Assembly: GCA_000708835.1 (NCBI GenBank)
Contig: DF237040.1
Location: 62,001 to 126,000, forward strand
Direction: 5' to 3'
From: Klebsormidium nitens
Taxonomy: Eukaryota > Plantae > Klebsormidiophyceae
Length of the DNA stretch: 64,000 nt
Shown here: positions 62,098 to 64,000 of the stretch, one piece after another
Layout of the letters: the number at the start of each line of letters is the position of its first letter
How positions within the stretch are numbered: the first letter of the stretch is position 1
Notes under the pieces: generated by a model
What the model was told of the DNA's origin: nothing
The model's input: the letters and a program-made list of their open reading frames with translations, nothing else
Database searches by the model: none
Made by a program: the position numbers and the translations under genes

Positions 62098-63638
62098 CAG
62101 CGTAACTACTATGACCCCTGAAAGAGCTTAGTAAGATCAATCACGTGTATTCTCCTTAGACAATGCGGCCCCCGGAATAAATGCTGGTCGTAGAGGAAAC
62201 AACTCTACGTTAACCAAGCTGTGAGAAGAGTTTCTGATTATCACCGTTTAGGACAGACTGGGACTGCTGAGTTGGCAGACAGGACGGATTTCGACATGTA
62301 GTGACTGCCACTGTGTGACTTTTTGTATAGTCAACTTTGCAGATTGAGAATAATAAGAGAACTGTGACTGTCAGGAGGAAAAAACCTTCTGGCGGGATAG
62401 TTTTGTACACTGAGTGGATTTGTTACAAAAACAATCATAACCCAAAGTGTATGTGCACAAGCTAGATCTTTTCCACACAATGGTGTGGATTGTATGTTCG
62501 ATTTGATATACACTGCAGTTGAGATGAGGTGAACTATCATACTAGGCTTTCAATATCATCATGATTGATGAAATACACTGATCATATTCGTGCCGATGAC
62601 CAATGAACGAGAAGATGTTACATATTTTTAATAGTACATCGACAGGTAATTTTCCGACGCAATTTAGTAAGAAGAGGCATGGCCGTTAGCGCTAAAACTT
62701 AATCTCATACTAGTCATGACTCCTTCACTGACTTACTTTTTACAGTAGTATATGTATATGCAATTATTTAATTTTTTGCATGCACGTTTAATTGGATTGA
62801 AGTTAGCCCGCGTTCTGGGGAATGAGATGTACGTGGTCGCGCTATAGCTTCATATGATGGCCGGAGCCGTATGACTGGACAAGGACCTTATACTACTTAA
62901 CTATATAATCGCTTGCAATATATACTAAACTTGAAAACTGGAATGATCAGAAAAAGATAAATTACATACAGGAAAGCTATAGGTGCGAGCATGCACACCT
63001 TTATATGTATCGATCGTTTGTCGACCTTGTCCATGCAGCGGCGGTCGCCGTTGCAATGTCGTTGTCATGGCAAGGCAATCTGCAACACTTCAATATTCGC
63101 CCGGACATGTCTGCCCCCACCAAATTATGGGGCTGGCAACCAACAATCACTGCATGATGGAGCCCTAGCTAGCTTGGCACGATATTATAAACATACTAAT
63201 ACAAACTCCGGGTGGGTCAAAGCCTCAGCCTGTGAAGACCATGCCAGTGCAGCTATACTAAGGCTTAGCAGGCTGGGAGCTCAGACTAGTGATGGCGACT
63301 TTGAGCGCGCCAGGTGGCTAAAGCAGATTCCAAACAAACATTGGCCGATATCACCTCAAGCCAACCGGCTGCATCCTGCTATAGCCACTCGAGTCCTGAC
63401 ATGTTGCTTTCTGCAAACAGGACTCTGGGAGTCTTGTCATCCCGCCAAGCCACGTAATAAGATTTACAGTCACGACAGATCCTTGCAACCGTGGGCAACT
63501 CGCACTAAGCCATACTGCTATGTTTGAAGCTGTCTGCAATCAACTTGGCCAGTGCTCAACATGCAGTGATCAATCAAGTCAAGGACTCTGTCAAACATTA
63601 TAAGCGAGCTCTCACAACCATGCATAGTCTTCTAATCG

Positions 63639-63776
63639 TCATAGCTCCTCTCGAAGGGAACCTTGACTCTCTCGTCGCCTCTTTTTGAAGTCGCCTACGA
63701 GCTTTTTTGTGAGGTTCAGATAAATCTTAGGACCGTCAGCGCCGTAGTCCTCGAAGGGGGCGCCTCCCGACGTCAC
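63639..63776 (-). CDS. Terminal exon of an unidentified gene that extends beyond the window
   Basis: Acceptor cgcttgcag followed by VTSGGAPFEDYGADGPKIYLNLTKKLVGDFKKRRRESQGSLREEL-stop. Confidence 0.5.
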   Translation of the reverse strand: MTSGGAPFEDYGADGPKIYLNLTKKLVGDFKKRRRESQGSLREEL

Positions 63777-64000
63777 CTGCAAGCGACGCACTGATTGAGG
63801 TCCATACGAGATCCTGCTCGTTTTTTTGGAACTCGGGCGTTCCTCTTTGCGCAGTCGACAAACGGAAGTGCGGCAGTCTCTCAAGAGAATGAATCTTCAA
63901 TGCCTACCAGAAAACCTACATGATCACTCGCTCCTGTGAAAGTGTACAAGTATCTGACCGCACGTGGTAGGTACCAACCGAAGCCGGTCCCAAAGGAGAA

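Overview
Intron-rich (GT-AG) eukaryotic nuclear DNA with GC-rich codons. The gene set is plant-like; a streptophyte green alga such as Klebsormidium is my inference and is not verified. The ORF track mostly shows exon fragments, so I assembled genes by hand from splice signals and checked that the frames join. Nine genes are supported: a TOM2A-like four-TM protein (-), HDC1/RXT3-like (+), an EID1-like F-box protein with a C-terminal SHI/STY-like zinc finger (+), a secreted Cys-rich protein with a Hedgehog-type Hint domain (-), plastid ClpP5 (-), an intronless F-box/LRR protein (+), haspin kinase (-), an RBOH/NOX-type NADPH oxidase apparently lacking EF-hands (-), and a secreted FAS1 protein (+). 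The last exon of a further gene lies at the right edge. I saw no rRNA, tRNA, CRISPR array or intact transposase. The top leads are: (1) the secreted, possibly saposin-like Hint autoprocessing protein, which keeps a Hedgehog-like sterol-recognition helix; (2) two haspin exons, each preceded by three decayed tandem copies of its own acceptor and first codons; (3) the EF-hand-less NOX with a substituted NOX signature Thr; (4) the F-box/SHI-finger fusion; (5) an 8-nt microexon that would restore the HDC1 frame.
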